Part shown: positions 11,225 to 22,144 of the stretch, in pieces | Layout: every line of letters begins with the position of its first letter | How positions within the stretch are numbered: position 1 is the stretch's first letter | Origin: an uncultured Chloroflexia bacterium | GTDB taxonomy: Bacteria; Chloroflexota; Limnocylindria; QHBO01 | DNA length: 64,000 bases | Direction of reading: 5' to 3' | NCBI GenBank assembly: GCA_963783495.1 | Contig: CAWANT010000007.1 | Span: forward strand, 133,694 to 197,693 | Notes under the pieces: model-generated | The model's database searches: none | What the model was told of the DNA's origin: nothing | What the model saw: the letters and a program-made list of their open reading frames with translations, nothing else | Position numbers and translations under genes: made by a program

Positions 11225-12894
11225 TCAGACCTCCATCACGATCGGCAGGATCATCGGCCGGCGCTTGGTGCGCTCGAAGAAGAAGCGGGCCAGGGTGTCG
11301 CGGATCTTGGCCTTGAGGAAGCCGGATTCGGCGGCGTGATCGGTGTCCTGAGCGGGCTGGCTCAGCTCGGCGGCCAGGTGGTCCCGCGCCTCCGCCATGA
11401 TCGGGTCGTCAGGATCGGGCAGAAAGCCGCGGCCGACCAGGTCGGGGCCGGACACGGCTCGCCCGGTCGCATGGTCAACGGTCAGGGCGACCATCACCAC
11501 GCCGTCGGAGGCGAGCATGCGCCGGTCGCGCAGCACGACGCCGTCGATGCCGTCGATCGAGGCGATGCCGTCGACCAGCACCTCGCCGGCCGGCACGCTG
11601 CCGGCCATTCGCGCGCGCGATCCGTCGAATTCGACCACCTGCCCGTTCTCCAGCACGAAGATGTTGTCGATCGGCACGCCGGCGCCCTCGGCCAGCAATG
11701 CCGTGCTGCACCAGCATGCGGTACTCGCCGTGCACCGGGATGAAGTGCCGCGGCTTGACCAGGCCCAGCATCAGCTTGAGCTCCTCGCGCGAGCCATGGC
11801 CGGAGACGTGGCAGTGCTTGAGCGGCTCGTAGTGCACCATCGCGCCTTCCTTGAACAGGTTGTCGATGGTGCGCGCCACGGCCTCCTCGTTGCCGGGGAT
11901 CGGCGAGGCGGAGATGATCACCGTGTCGCCCGGCTCGATGGTGATGTTGCGGTGGTCGCGGTTGCTCATGCGGGTCAGGCCGGACATCGGCTCGCCCTGG
12001 GAGCCGGTGGTCATGACCACCAGCTCCTCATTGGCAAGGCGCTGCAGCTGGTCCTTGCGGGCCAGCGTGTCGCCACGCGGGTCCAGGTAGCCAAGCTCCA
12101 CCGCGATCGACGTGTTCTGCTCCATGCTGCGTCCCAGGGCCACCATCTTGCGGCCGTGCGCCGCGGCCGCGTCGAGCACCTGCTGCACGCGCCCGATGTT
12201 GCTGGCGAAGGTCGCCACGATCACGCGCCCCGCTGCCTCCCCCACCAGCTGGTGCAGCGACTCCCCCACCGTGGCCTCCGACAGCGTGTAGCCCTCCTTT
12301 TCGGAACGGGTGGAGTCGCTGAGCAGGAAGTCCACGCCACGATTCCCGATCTCGGCGATCAGCCCCAGGTCGGCGCGCGCCCCGTCCGGCGGCGTGTGGT
12401 CGAACTTGAAGTCGCCGGTGTGCACCACCGTCCCCGCCTCGGTACGGATGGCGAAGCCCATCCCGTCCGGGATCGAATGGTTCACGCGGAACGGCAGGAT
12501 GTTGAACGGGCCGATCTGGCATCTCGACCCCGGCCTCCAGCGGCTCCAGCGGCGTCTGGTCGAGCAGCCGATGCTCCTTCAGCTTGCCGCGCACCAGGCC
12601 GCTGGTCAGGCGGCCGGCGTAGACCGGCACGCCCGGCAGCTTGGGCAGGACGAACGGCAGGGCGCCGGTGTGGTCTTCGTGGCCGTGGGTCAGGGCGATG
12701 GCGATGACGCGGTCGCGATTTGCCTCCAGGTAGGTGATGTCCGGGATGACCAGGTCGATGCCCAGCATCTCCGGCTCCGGGAAGGCGAGCCCGCAGTCGA
12801 CGACCAGGATCCGCCCGGCCGCCTCGATCAGGGTGATGTTCTTGCCGACCTCGCCCACCCCGCCCAGCGGGATGATGCGCAGGGGTTCCGTCAT
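11225..12894 (-). CDS. rnj: ribonuclease J, two frameshifts
   Basis: Three overlapping ORFs (12028..12894, 11475..12485, 11225..11698) join into one protein. Motifs: metallo-beta-lactamase HGHEDHTGALP, GDFKFD, HVSGHGSREEL, and the C-terminal domain. The frame switches around 12500 and 11700. Confidence 0.9.
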
Positions 12895-13569
12895 CTTGGC
12901 TCCTGGAAGAGCGTCATCTGCTCAGTGTCATCGGGGCTCGGCACCAGCTCGGGCTCCGGCTCGGGAATCGTGTCCTGGACCGATGCCACCCGTTCGGCCT
13001 CGAGCGCCTGGCGAGCGGCCAGCAGCGCTGCCGGCAGCCCACGAATGTCGGCGAACAGCGTCTCCCGCAGCGAGGCCTGGTGCAGCGCGGCAGCAGGATG
13101 GTACATCGGGAAGATGAAGCGCCCGCCCGATTGGCGCAGCTGGCCATGCACGCTCGAGATGCGCGCGCCGGGCAGGTAGCGTTGCAGCGAGTGGCGGCCC
13201 AGCGTCACGATCACGGCCGGCTCGAGCGCGGCCTCCTGTCGGTCAAGGTAGCCGGAGCAGGCCGCGATCTCCTCCGGCTCAGGGTCGCGGTTGCCGGGCG
13301 GACGGCACTTCACCACGTTGGCGATGAAGACGTCCTCGCGGGCCCAGCCCAGCGCGCCGAGCAGCTCGTTCAGCAGCTGGCCGGCCGGCCCCACGAACGG
13401 CCGCCCGGTGGCGTCCTCGCGGGCGCCGGGACCCTCGCCCACCAGCAGCACATCGCTGAGTCGGGTTGCCCTCGCCGGGCACGGCCTGGGTGCGGCCGCG
13501 GTGCAGCGGGCAGCGCGTACAGGCTCGCACCTCGCTCGCCACTGCCGTCAGCACCGTTTCAGCGCCCAT
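12891..13569 (-). CDS. uracil-DNA glycosylase, family 4, one frameshift
   Basis: The N-terminus MGAETVLTAVASEVRACTRCPLH lies in the tail of ORF 13279..14469. The rest is ORF 12891..13451 (LLVGEGPGAREDATGRPFVGPAG, NVVKCRPPGNRDP, MYHPAAAL). The frame switches around 13455. Confidence 0.8.
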
Positions 13570-13637
13570 CGGCCTGGCTGCCTCCCTCCGCCAGAGCGGC
13601 CTGCACCGCCGCCGCGTCGCCGCGGCGGCGGCATCGG

Positions 13638-16304
13638 TCAGGAGTCTGAGTGGTCGGATCCGCCTCCGTTGCCCGTCCCGGCACCAGCGCCGGCCTTGGC
13701 CATGTGGCGCTCCATCGCCGCGCGGCGGCTCAGGTTGACGCGGCCCATGCGGTCGATCTCGGTGACCACCACCATCAGCTCGTCGCCAATGCTGACCACG
13801 TCCTCGACGCGCGGCACCCGGTAGTCGGCCAGCTGGCTGATGTGCACCAGCCCCTCCTTGCCGGGCAGGATCTCGACGAAGGCCCCGAAGTTCATGATCC
13901 GGGTGACCTTGCCCAGGTACTCCTTGCCGACCTCGACGTCCTTGGTCAGGCCCTCGATCCAGGCGATCGCCTTCTTGGCGGCCTCGCCGTCGGTGGCGGC
14001 GATCTGGATGGTGCCGTCGTCCTCGACGTTGATCTGGGTCCCGGTCTCGGCCGTGATCTGGCGGATCACCTTGCCGCCCGCGCCGATGACGTCGCGGATC
14101 TTGTCGACCGGGATCTTGATGGTGGTGATGCGCGGGGCGTACGGGCTCAGCTCCTCGCGGCTGGCGCTGATGACCTCGGTCATCTTGCCCAGGATGTGGA
14201 GCCGTGCCTGGCGCGCCTGCTCGAGCGCATCCCGCAGCGTCTCGCTGGTGATGCCGGCGACCTTGATGTCCATCTGCAGCGCGGTCACGCCATCGGCGGT
14301 GCCGGCCACCTTGAAGTCCATGTCGCCGTACGCATCTTCCTTGCCGGTGATGTCGGTCAGCACCGCGTAGCGGCCGGTCGCCGGATCGGTGATCAGGCCC
14401 ATCGCCGCGCCGGCCACCGGCGCCTTGATCGGCACGCCGGCGTCCATCAGCGACAGGGTGCTGCCGCATGTGCTCGCCATGCTGGTCGAGCCGTTGCTGC
14501 TCACCACCTCGGAAACGACGCGGATGATGTACGGGAACTCCTCCACGCTCGGCAGGACCGGCAGGAGCGCGCGCTCGGCGAGCGCACCATGGCCGATCTC
14601 ACGGCGTCCGGGGCCACGCATCGGGCGCGCCTCGCCCACCGAGTAGGGCGGGAAGTTGTAGTGGTGCAGGTACCGCTTCTCGGTCTCCGGGGAGATGGTG
14701 TCCAGCCGCTGCACGTCGCTGCCCGGTCCCAGGGTGGCGATGCTCAGCGCCTGCGTCTGGCCGCGCGTGAAGATGCCCGACCCGTGGGTCCGGGGCAGGA
14801 CGCCGACCTCGACGCTGATCGGCCGGATGGTGGTCGTGTCGCGACCGTCGATCCGGATGTTCTCGTTCAGCACCAGCTCGCGCACGGTTGCCTTGGTGAG
14901 CACGTCCATCAGAGCCGAGCCGATGCCGTGGCGGCGGCGGATGTCCTCGAGCCGGTCGCCCTGCTCGCTGCGGTTGTAGCTCTCGCGCGCGCGCCGGACC
15001 TCGTCGGCGATGTCGGTGCGGACGGCGTCGAGCCGTCCGGCCAGGCCATCGGTCAGGTTGATGAACAGCTCGGCGGTGGCCTCCGCGTCCGGCATGGCCC
15101 GATGCGCGGTGACGTGGTCGCGGCCGAAGACGAACCGCACCAGGTCGCCGAGCTTGTAGGCACCCGCATCGGGATACAGCTGATAGGCCAGCTCCAGGGT
15201 GTCGAAGACGGCACTCGGCTTCCAGCCCGTGTCGTTCGGCAGGTGGCGGAGGATGAACGGCACGTCGAATGCGACGTTGTGCGCGACCAGCGGGGCCTCG
15301 CCGACCCACTCGGCGAAGCGCGAGAGGACCTCGGCCGCCGTCGGCGCGCCAGCCACGTCCTCGTCGCTGATGCCGTGAATCTGGTGCCCCACGATCGAGC
15401 GTCCCGGGTTCACCAGGGACTCGAACCGATCGGCGACCTCGCCATTGCGCACCTTCAGGGCGGCGATGTCGACGATGTAGCCGTTCTCCGGCTTGAAGGC
15501 GGTGGTCTCGAGGTCGAAGACGACGAACTCGGACGCGCCCTCGGCCAGCGCCTTGCCGAGCTTGACCACCGAATCGGCCTTCGGGCCGAGGAATGGCAGC
15601 TTCTTCGGCTTGCCGGCAGTCTCGACCAGCTTCTCCTGCAGGTCGATGCTCTGCTGGAGCTCCGCCTGGCCGAAGACGATGGCATCGGCCATGACCGACT
15701 CGGGCAGGATCTTGGCGCCCGCCTCGACCATCATCACCGCCTCGCGCGTGCCGGCCACGACCAGGTCGAGATCGCTCTCTTCGAGCTGGCTGGTGGTCGG
15801 GTTGGTGACGAACTCACCGTTGATGCGGCCGACGCGCACGGCGCCAATCGGTCCCAGGAACGGAATGCTGCTCACCGACAGCGCGGCGGACGCGCCGTTG
15901 ACGGCAAGGATGTCCGGGTCGTTCTCCTGGTCCGCGCTCAGCACGGTCAGGACGATCTGGACCTCCTGCTTGTAGCCCTTGGGGAAGAGCGGGCGGATCG
16001 GTCGGTCGGTCAGGCGCATGGCCAGGATGGCCGCCTCAGACGGACGCGACTCGCGCTTGATGAAGCCGCCCGGGATCTTGCCGGCGGCGTACATCCGCTC
16101 TTCGTAGTCCACGGTCATGGGGAAGAAGTCGATCCCCTCGCGCGGCTCCGCCGACACGGCGGTTGCCAGCAGCACGGTGTCGCCATAACGGACGAGTACC
16201 GCGCCATCGGCCTGCTCGGCGAGCTTGCCAGCCTCCAGCGAGAAGGACTGGCCGCCGATCGGGGCCTCTACTTTGATTGCCACTGATTCCTCCAGTTGAG
16301 TCAT
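13638..16304 (-). CDS. pnp: polyribonucleotide nucleotidyltransferase (PNPase) with an inserted DEDDh exonuclease domain
   Basis: Uninterrupted 888-aa ORF. It contains RNase PH core 1 ([26 protein letters not shown]), PH core 2 ([38 protein letters not shown]), KH ([11 protein letters not shown]) and S1 ([15 protein letters not shown]). An extra roughly 170 aa sits between the PH cores. Confidence 0.95.
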   Translation of the reverse strand: MTQLEESVAIKVEAPIGGQSFSLEAGKLAEQADGAVLVRYGDTVLLATAVSAEPREGIDFFPMTVDYEERMYAAGKIPGGFIKRESRPSEAAILAMRLTDRPIRPLFPKGYKQEVQIVLTVLSADQENDPDILAVNGASAALSVSSIPFLGPIGAVRVGRINGEFVTNPTTSQLEESDLDLVVAGTREAVMMVEAGAKILPESVMADAIVFGQAELQQSIDLQEKLVETAGKPKKLPFLGPKADSVVKLGKALAEGASEFVVFDLETTAFKPENGYIVDIAALKVRNGEVADRFESLVNPGRSIVGHQIHGISDEDVAGAPTAAEVLSRFAEWVGEAPLVAHNVAFDVPFILRHLPNDTGWKPSAVFDTLELAYQLYPDAGAYKLGDLVRFVFGRDHVTAHRAMPDAEATAELFINLTDGLAGRLDAVRTDIADEVRRARESYNRSEQGDRLEDIRRRHGIGSALMDVLTKATVRELVLNENIRIDGRDTTTIRPISVEVGVLPRTHGSGIFTRGQTQALSIATLGPGSDVQRLDTISPETEKRYLHHYNFPPYSVGEARPMRGPGRREIGHGALAERALLPVLPSVEEFPYIIRVVSEVVSSNGSTSMASTCGSTLSLMDAGVPIKAPVAGAAMGLITDPATGRYAVLTDITGKEDAYGDMDFKVAGTADGVTALQMDIKVAGITSETLRDALEQARQARLHILGKMTEVISASREELSPYAPRITTIKIPVDKIRDVIGAGGKVIRQITAETGTQINVEDDGTIQIAATDGEAAKKAIAWIEGLTKDVEVGKEYLGKVTRIMNFGAFVEILPGKEGLVHISQLADYRVPRVEDVVSIGDELMVVVTEIDRMGRVNLSRRAAMERHMAKAGAGAGTGNGGGSDHSDS
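15045..15542 (-). other. DEDDh (DnaQ / RNase T-like) 3'-5' exonuclease domain embedded in PNPase (aa about 255-420)
   Basis: Exo[10 protein letters not shown] (D264, E266), Exo[14 protein letters not shown] (D347), Exo[17 protein letters not shown] (H401, D406). It is in frame with PNPase sequence on both sides. Confidence 0.75.
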
Positions 16305-16418
16305 GTTCGGGTTGAGCCTGCGCTCCGTCCCGCTCTGGTCGCTCCGGTGTGGAGGACGGCGGGCGGCGCGGGCGCTCTATGGGGTTGATTCGGGGTTCGG
16401 ACGCCGGATACGCGAAAC

Positions 16419-16440
16419 CCAGGGCCTTGGCGGCACCTGG
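16419..16440 (-). terminator. hairpin just downstream of rpsO (weak or partial terminator before pnp)
   Basis: Minus-strand RNA CCAGGuGCC-gccaa-GGCCCUGG (8 bp, one bulge) followed by GUUUCG. It lies 16 nt after the rpsO stop. The U-tract is short, so read-through into pnp is likely. Confidence 0.4.
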
Positions 16441-16455
16441 GTCGTGGCGCGATGC

Positions 16456-16725
16456 CTAGCGGCGGAGCCCCAACCGGCCGATGACGGCACGGTAGCGGTC
16501 GACGTCATTGCGCACGAGGTACGCGAGCAACCGCCGGCGCTGGCCGACCAGCTTGAGCAGGCCGCGGCGCGAGTGGTTGTCGTTCTGGTACGTGCGCAGA
16601 TGTTCCGTGAGTGATTGGATCCGCTCGGTCAGGAGCGCAATCTGCACCTCGGGAGAGCCGGAATCGCCCTCGTGGGTGGCAAAGTCTTCGATAATCGCGC
16701 TCTTCGCATCCTTGGCGAGCGGCAC
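16456..16725 (-). CDS. rpsO: 30S ribosomal protein S15
   Basis: ORF 16456..16761. The best start is GTG at 16725, preceded by GGAGG with a 5-nt spacer, giving 89 aa: [15 protein letters not shown]...[29 protein letters not shown]. Confidence 0.9.
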   Translation of the reverse strand: MPLAKDAKSAIIEDFATHEGDSGSPEVQIALLTERIQSLTEHLRTYQNDNHSRRGLLKLVGQRRRLLAYLVRNDVDRYRAVIGRLGLRR

Positions 16726-16787
16726 AGATTCCTCCATTTTCCTTTCCGTATCGCGGCGCATGCGTACCAGATCTGGCCGGTTTCCGT

Positions 16788-17739
16788 TCAGCCCAGGCCC
16801 AGCCGGGCACGCGCGTCGGCCTCGTCCCGATGCATCTGCGTCACCAGGTCCTCGGCTGACGCGAAGCGTCGCTCGTCGCGGAGCCGATGGAGCAGCTCCA
16901 GCTCGAGCACGGCCCCGTACAGGTCTCCGTCGTAGTCCAGCAGGTGCACCTCGACGAGCACCTCACCCTCGTCGTGGAAGGTCGGCCGCATGCCGATGCT
17001 GACCAGCGCCGGGTGCCCGGGCGCCACGCCCCGTTCCGGGACGCTGACGCGCCCGGTATACACGCCCCAGCGGCGGCATCGCGGCGGCGTAGTCGAATGC
17101 GCAGGTTCGCCGTCGGATAGCCGAGCTCACGTCCGCGGTGATCGCCCTCGACCACCGTCCCCTGCAGGTAGGCGGGCCGACCCAGGAGCGCCACTGTTTC
17201 CAGGTCCCCTGCAGCCACCGCCTGGCGCAGCCTGGTCGACGAGACCGGACCGCCGGCGATCACACGCGGCTCGACCACGAGGACCTCGAATCCGCGCGGC
17301 GGATGCCGTGCTCCCGCATGCGCTCCACCGTGCCGCCTCGCCCGCGCCCGAAGGCGCTCTCGGGGGTCATCACCAGCGCTCGCAGCGCGATCGCTGGCGA
17401 GCAGATCGGCCAGGAACTCCTCCGCGGTGCGCTCGCGCAGCGCGTCATCGAAGCGGATCAGCAGCGCGTGACGACGCCAAGCGCCCGAATCCGCTGCCGC
17501 ACCGGTCCGGCGGGCGAGGCGCGGCACGCGGGTGCCGGGGTGGATCACCTCGTCCGGATGCGGATCGAAGATCAGGGCGGCGGAGGCAGATCGCGCTCGG
17601 CGGCCACCGCCACCGTCGCCTCCAGGAGGGCCTCATGACCGCGATGCACGCCATCGAAGACGCCCATGCACAACGGCCGCGGGCCCGATGGGCGGCAGGC
17701 TGCGCAGGTCCCCAGGCGCCGAGCCTCGACCGTGGTCAC
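16788..17739 (-). CDS. ribF: bifunctional riboflavin kinase / FMN adenylyltransferase, multiple frameshifts
   Basis: Fragments across ORFs 17572..17913 ([14 protein letters not shown]), 16841..17548, 17260..17448 and 16788..17063 ([53 protein letters not shown]). A candidate GTG start at 17739 overlaps a TGA as GTGA. Confidence 0.8.
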
Positions 17740-18644
17740 GCGGCGCCCGTCACGCGCGAGCACCTTCTCCGGCTGCAGCTCCCCCGCCATCACGGAGCCG
17801 ACGCCCAGGAGCTGGTCGGCGCTGTCGAGCACCACGCGGCGCCCATCCGTCTCGCCGGCGTCGACCAGCGCCTGACAGCGCGATCCGCGAGCCATTGCGG
17901 AAGCGATGCGCATCGGCGTCGGTCAGATGCAGGCGTGGCAACGGCAGCAGGTCGGCCACCGGCAGCATCGCTTCGGCGAGGCGCGCCGGCATCGCGCAGA
18001 GCCTCGAGCCGCTCGGGCGTCACCGCGTCCTCCACTCGGAGCCCGGCCGCCTCGGTGCGCCGCAGCGCGAGCAGGTACCCGCCACATCCGAGTGCCTGCC
18101 CCAGATCGCGAGCGATCGAGCGGACGTAGGTGCCCGGCCCGCAGCGCAGATCGATGGCGACGTCCACCGCTTCGTCGCCACGCGTGATGGAGAGCACGTC
18201 CAATGCGTGGACCATGACCTGCCGCGGGGCGAGCACCAACGTCTCACCTGAACGCGCCGCCCGGTAGGCGGTGCGCCCGCCCAGCTTGCGAGCCGAGAAG
18301 GCAGGCGGCAGCTGGTCGATGCTGCCCACGAAGGTGACGAGAGCCGCCCTGATCGCCTGGTCGTCGGGGAGCGGCGCTTCACCGGGGACGATCGGTCCTT
18401 CGCCATCATCGGTCGCGGAGGTGGCGCCCAGCCGAATGATCGCCTCGTAGCGCTTGCTGCCGCCAGTCAGCTCCTCGCTGAAGCGCGTGGCGCCGCCCAC
18501 CAGGATCGGCAGCACGCCGGATGCGAGCGGATCCAGGGTTCCGGCATGGCCGATGCGCCGGGTCCCGGTCAGGCGCCGCAGCAGCCCAACCATGTCATGC
18601 GAGGTCGGCCCCACCGGCTTGTCGAGGTTAACGACTCCCAGCAT
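17736..18644 (-). CDS. truB: tRNA pseudouridine(55) synthase TruB, frameshifts near the 3' end
   Basis: Inside ORF 17790..19088 from Met 149: MLGVVNLDKPVGPTSHDMV, GHAGTLDPLASGVLPI, YEAIIRLG, QLPPAFSA. The PUA-like end is split over ORFs 17750..17992 and 17572..17913. Confidence 0.85.
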
Positions 18645-19610
18645 CGATCCGGGCCAGCTCCCGCTCGCACTCGGCCAGCACCGGCTCGCGGGCATCGGCC
18701 AGGGGCGCAGCCACCGTGCAGCCGGCCGCCCGCGCGTGACCGCCGCCGCCGAAGACCGAGGTGATCGCCACCGCGTCGGCGCGGTCGCTGGTCCGAACGC
18801 TGACGCGCGTGCTCGCCTCGTCAACCTCCTTGAACAGGACGGTGACGTCGGCCGCCTTGGTGGATGCCGAGCAGGTCGATGAACCCCTCGCCGGCGGTTG
18901 GCTCCTCCCCCGCCTCGGCCAGCATGGCGTTGGTCATGCGAGGCGTAGACGATGCGTCCATCGCAGCGCTGGCCGATGCTGGCCAGCATCAGGCCCCACA
19001 GCGCCAGCGTGCTGTACGGCTTGTCGACGTACAGGGTGCGGTTGATCGTCGACAGCGGTGCGCCCGCCTCCACCAGGTCGGCCGCCACCCGCAGCGTGCG
19101 CGGCGTGGCGTTTGGATGGGCGAACGTGTGCGTGTCCTGGGACGATGCCGGTCAGCAGGACGGTGGCCAGCTCCTGGTCGATGTCCACGCCCAGCTCGGG
19201 TAGCAGGAGCGCCACCATCTCGCAGGTGGCGGCCGCGGTCGGGTCGACCCAGACCGCCGATCCGAAGCCGGTGTTCGAGATGTGGTGGTCGACGTTGGCC
19301 ACGCGAGCCCTGGCCAGCCAGTCGGCATGCTCGATCGCCACGCTCCCGGTGCGCGCCAGGTCGCCCGCATCGACCACCACCGCGACGTCCGGCTCCAGCG
19401 CCGGGGCGCGCCGCACCTGGTCGATGCGGGGCACGAAGGCAGAGCAGCGGAGGCGGCGGGTCGGCGCTCACCACCTCGGACGGCCTTGCCCAGCCGCTCC
19501 GCGGCAATGGCGATGGCGATGGCCGCGCCCAGCGTGTCGGCGTCCGGGTTCTCGTGGCAGATCGCCGTGACCCGCTGCGCGGCGCGCAGCAGCGCGACGA
19601 CCTCCTTCAT
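18628..19610 (-). CDS. nrnA: DHH-family phosphoesterase NrnA (nanoRNase / pAp phosphatase), multiple frameshifts
   Basis: ORF 19152..19610 (ICHENPDADTLGAAIA), ORF 18934..19434 (ANVDHHISN), ORF 17790..19088 start (LVEAGAPLSTINRTLY). A hand-translated end has FGGGGHARAAG. The stop at 18628 overlaps the truB start. Confidence 0.8.
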
Positions 19611-19968
19611 GAGCCGTCCTTGGTGGCGGTCTCGCCCTCGATCTCGCGCAGGATGCGCAGCACCCGGTCGCCGGACTCAATCGAGTCGTCGGCGCGGATC
19701 GAGAGCTCGCGGGACATGCCGCAGGCGCAGCCGCTCCCCGAGCTGGCGCCGCAGCCAAGGCGTGGCGGAGCGGAGCGCCTCGATGGAGGCGGCCTGCTCC
19801 TCATCGGTCCCGTACACGCTGACCCAGACCCGAGCATGACCCAGGTCGCGGCTGGTCTCCACGCGGGTGATGGTCGCGAACCCACACGCGGATCCTTCAG
19901 GTCACGCTGCAGCAGCTGCATGAGCTCCTGCTGGATCTGGCTGTCCAGCCGATCGGTCCGTTGCTCAT
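19607..19968 (-). CDS. rbfA: ribosome-binding factor A, about 3 frameshifts
   Basis: Hand translation: MSN..RTDRLDSQIQQELMQLLQRDLKDPRVG / FATITRVETSRDLGHARVWVSVYG...LRHVP / ELSIRADDSIESG. One break is a missing base in a T-run (plus-strand AA at 19879..19880 where AAA is needed). Confidence 0.8.
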
Positions 19969-19975
19969 CGACCGC

Positions 19976-21885
19976 TCAGGCGGACTCCGCCACCATCTGG
20001 AAGCACTCGATCACGTCGCCCTCGGCGATGTCCTCGATCGACAGGCCGATGCCGCACTCGAAGCCAGAGGCCACCTCGCGGACGTCGTCCTTGAAGCGCT
20101 TCAGCGAGGTGATCCGACCTTCGGCCACCTGGGTGCCGCCACGGAAGAGACGAACGTCGCCGCCGCGCACGATGCGCCCATCGGTCACGTACGAGCCGGC
20201 CACGTTGCCGGCCCGGCCGGCCTTGATCACCATCCGCACCTCGGCGTGGCCCTCGACCTGCTCCACCAGCTTGGGGGCGAGCATGCCCTGCAGCGCCGCC
20301 CCGACGTCATCGGTCAGCTTGTAGATCACGTCGTACAGGCGGACGTCGACGCCGGAGGCGTCAATGGCGCGCTGTGCTCCTGGATCGGGCTTGGTGTTGA
20401 AGCCGATGACCACCGCATCGGAGGCCGATGCCAGCAGCACATCCGACTCGTTGATGTCGCCGGCACCCTCGCGCAGGATGTTGATCCGCACCTCGCTGGT
20501 GTTCAGTCGCTCCATGGCGTGGCGGATGGCGCCCAGCGATCCCTGGACGTCGGTCTTGAGCACCACGCGCAGCTCCTTGACCTCGGCGGACTGGATCTGA
20601 GCGGAGATGTCCTCGAGCGTGAAGGCCGTCTTGCCGTCGCTGCCGATGGTGCCGCGGGCCGTGGCCTCGGCCATCTCGCGCGCCGCCTTCTCGTCGACGA
20701 CCACCCGCAGGATGTCCCCCGCCTCGGGCAGCTCGTTGCAGGCCGATGATCTCGACCGCGGTCGCGGGCTCGGCCGTCTTCACGCGCTTGCCGGCTGCGT
20801 TCTGCAGGGCGCGGACGCGGCCATGGGTGCGACCCACCGCCACGACGTCGCCAACGCGCAGGGTGCCGGTCTGGATCAGCACGGTGGCCACGTTGCCGCG
20901 GCCCTTCTCCACCTTCGACTCGACGATGGTGCCGACCGCCGGCCGGTTCGGATTGGCCTTCAGGTCCTGGAGGTCGGCGACCAGCAGGATCATCTCCATC
21001 AGGTCGTCCAGCCCGGTCTTCTGCTTGGCCGACACGGCCACGGCGATCACGTCGCCGCCGTACTCCTCGATGAGCACGTTCATGTCGGCCAGCTCCTGCT
21101 TCACCCGGTCGGGGTTGGCATCCGGCTTGTCGATCTTGTTGATGGCCACGATCATCGGCACGCGGGCCGCGCGAACGTGGTCGATGGCCTCCCTGGTCTG
21201 CGGCATGACGCCGTCATCGGCGGCCACCACGATGATCGCGATGTCGGTGACCTGGGCGCCTCGGGCGCGCATGGCGGTGAAAGCCTCGTGGCCGGGCGTG
21301 TCCAGGAAGACGATGCGCTTGCCGTTGTGCTCCACCTCGCTGGCGCCGATGTGCTGGGTGATGCCGCCTCGCTCGGCCGCCGCCACGCGTGGTGCTGCGG
21401 ACCGCGTCGAGCAGGCTGGTCTTGCCGTGGTCGACGTGGCCCATGATCGTCACGATCGGCGCCCGGGTGACCAGGTCGGCCGCGTCGTCCTCGGTGAAGA
21501 GGACCGGCTTGCCGCCGGCTTCGGACTCTTCGCCGGGCGCCACGAGCTCGGTCGGGCCGGCGGCCTCGGCTGCGGCACGCTCGGCAGCGCCGCGCTCGAT
21601 CGTCTCGATTCCCAGCTCGCCTGCCACCAGCGAGGCGGTGTCGAAGTCGATCGACTGGTTGATCGTCGCGAAGATGCCGTTGCGGATCAGCTCCTTGATG
21701 ACGTCCGCCGTGCTGACCGTCAGCGCATCGGCCAGGTCCTTGACCGCGATCGACGATGGCAGCTCGACCGGACCGTCCGGACGGACGGGCGTCGTCGGCG
21801 CATCGGCCACCGCGGCGCCAGTGCCGCCATTGCGACGGCGTGGCGGGCGTGGCCCTCTTCGCGGCTGATATCTACGGGGTGGCAT
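19976..21885 (-). CDS. infB: translation initiation factor IF-2, two frameshifts
   Basis: ORFs 21214..22053 ([17 protein letters not shown]), 20361..21386 ([22 protein letters not shown]) and 19976..20704 (C-terminal domains) join into one protein. The frame switches around 21380 and 20700. Confidence 0.9.
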
Positions 21886-22144
21886 TCGGTACCTCGAGCT
21901 GGAGCGTTCCGGGCTCCACCGGTGCGGCGAGCGCGCGGCTGACGGCATCGGCCAGGCGGCGCGGATCGCGGCAGTCAGGATCGTCGCAGACGTAGGTGCC
22001 CCGACCGGCGGCCTTGCCGCTGAGATCAAGGGCGATCGAGCCGTCGCCGGCACGCACCACGCGCGTCATCGACCGCTTCGGCTTGACCTGGCGGCAGACG
22101 GCGCAGGTGCGCATCGGCACATGATCAGGTCGTCGCTTCGGCAT
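21872..22144 (-). CDS. ylxR: YlxR/RnpM family RNA-binding protein (DUF448)
   Basis: Within ORF 21872..22303: [30 protein letters not shown]...GRGTYVC. It occupies the canonical position between nusA and infB. Confidence 0.8.
   Translation of the reverse strand: MPKRRPDHVPMRTCAVCRQVKPKRSMTRVVRAGDGSIALDLSGKAAGRGTYVCDDPDCRDPRRLADAVSRALAAPVEPGTLQLEVPNATP

Noticed and set aside
8963-11743. Very long plus-strand ORFs (926 aa at 8963..11743, 878 aa at 13650..16286, and many others of 150-500 aa).
   Set aside because: They lie exactly antisense to well-supported genes (ftsK/rnj, pnp). Their translations are Arg/Gly/Ala/Pro-rich low-complexity sequence with no motifs. This is the expected stop-codon-poor shadow of GC-rich coding DNA.
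17572-17913. An apparent TruB-RibF fusion. One ORF runs from the TruB PUA-like end straight into the Rib[11 protein letters not shown] motif without a stop.
   Set aside because: An out-of-frame TGA overlapping a GTG (GTGA at 17736..17739) sits exactly at the expected boundary, and both genes carry several indels nearby. Read-through is most simply an indel artefact.
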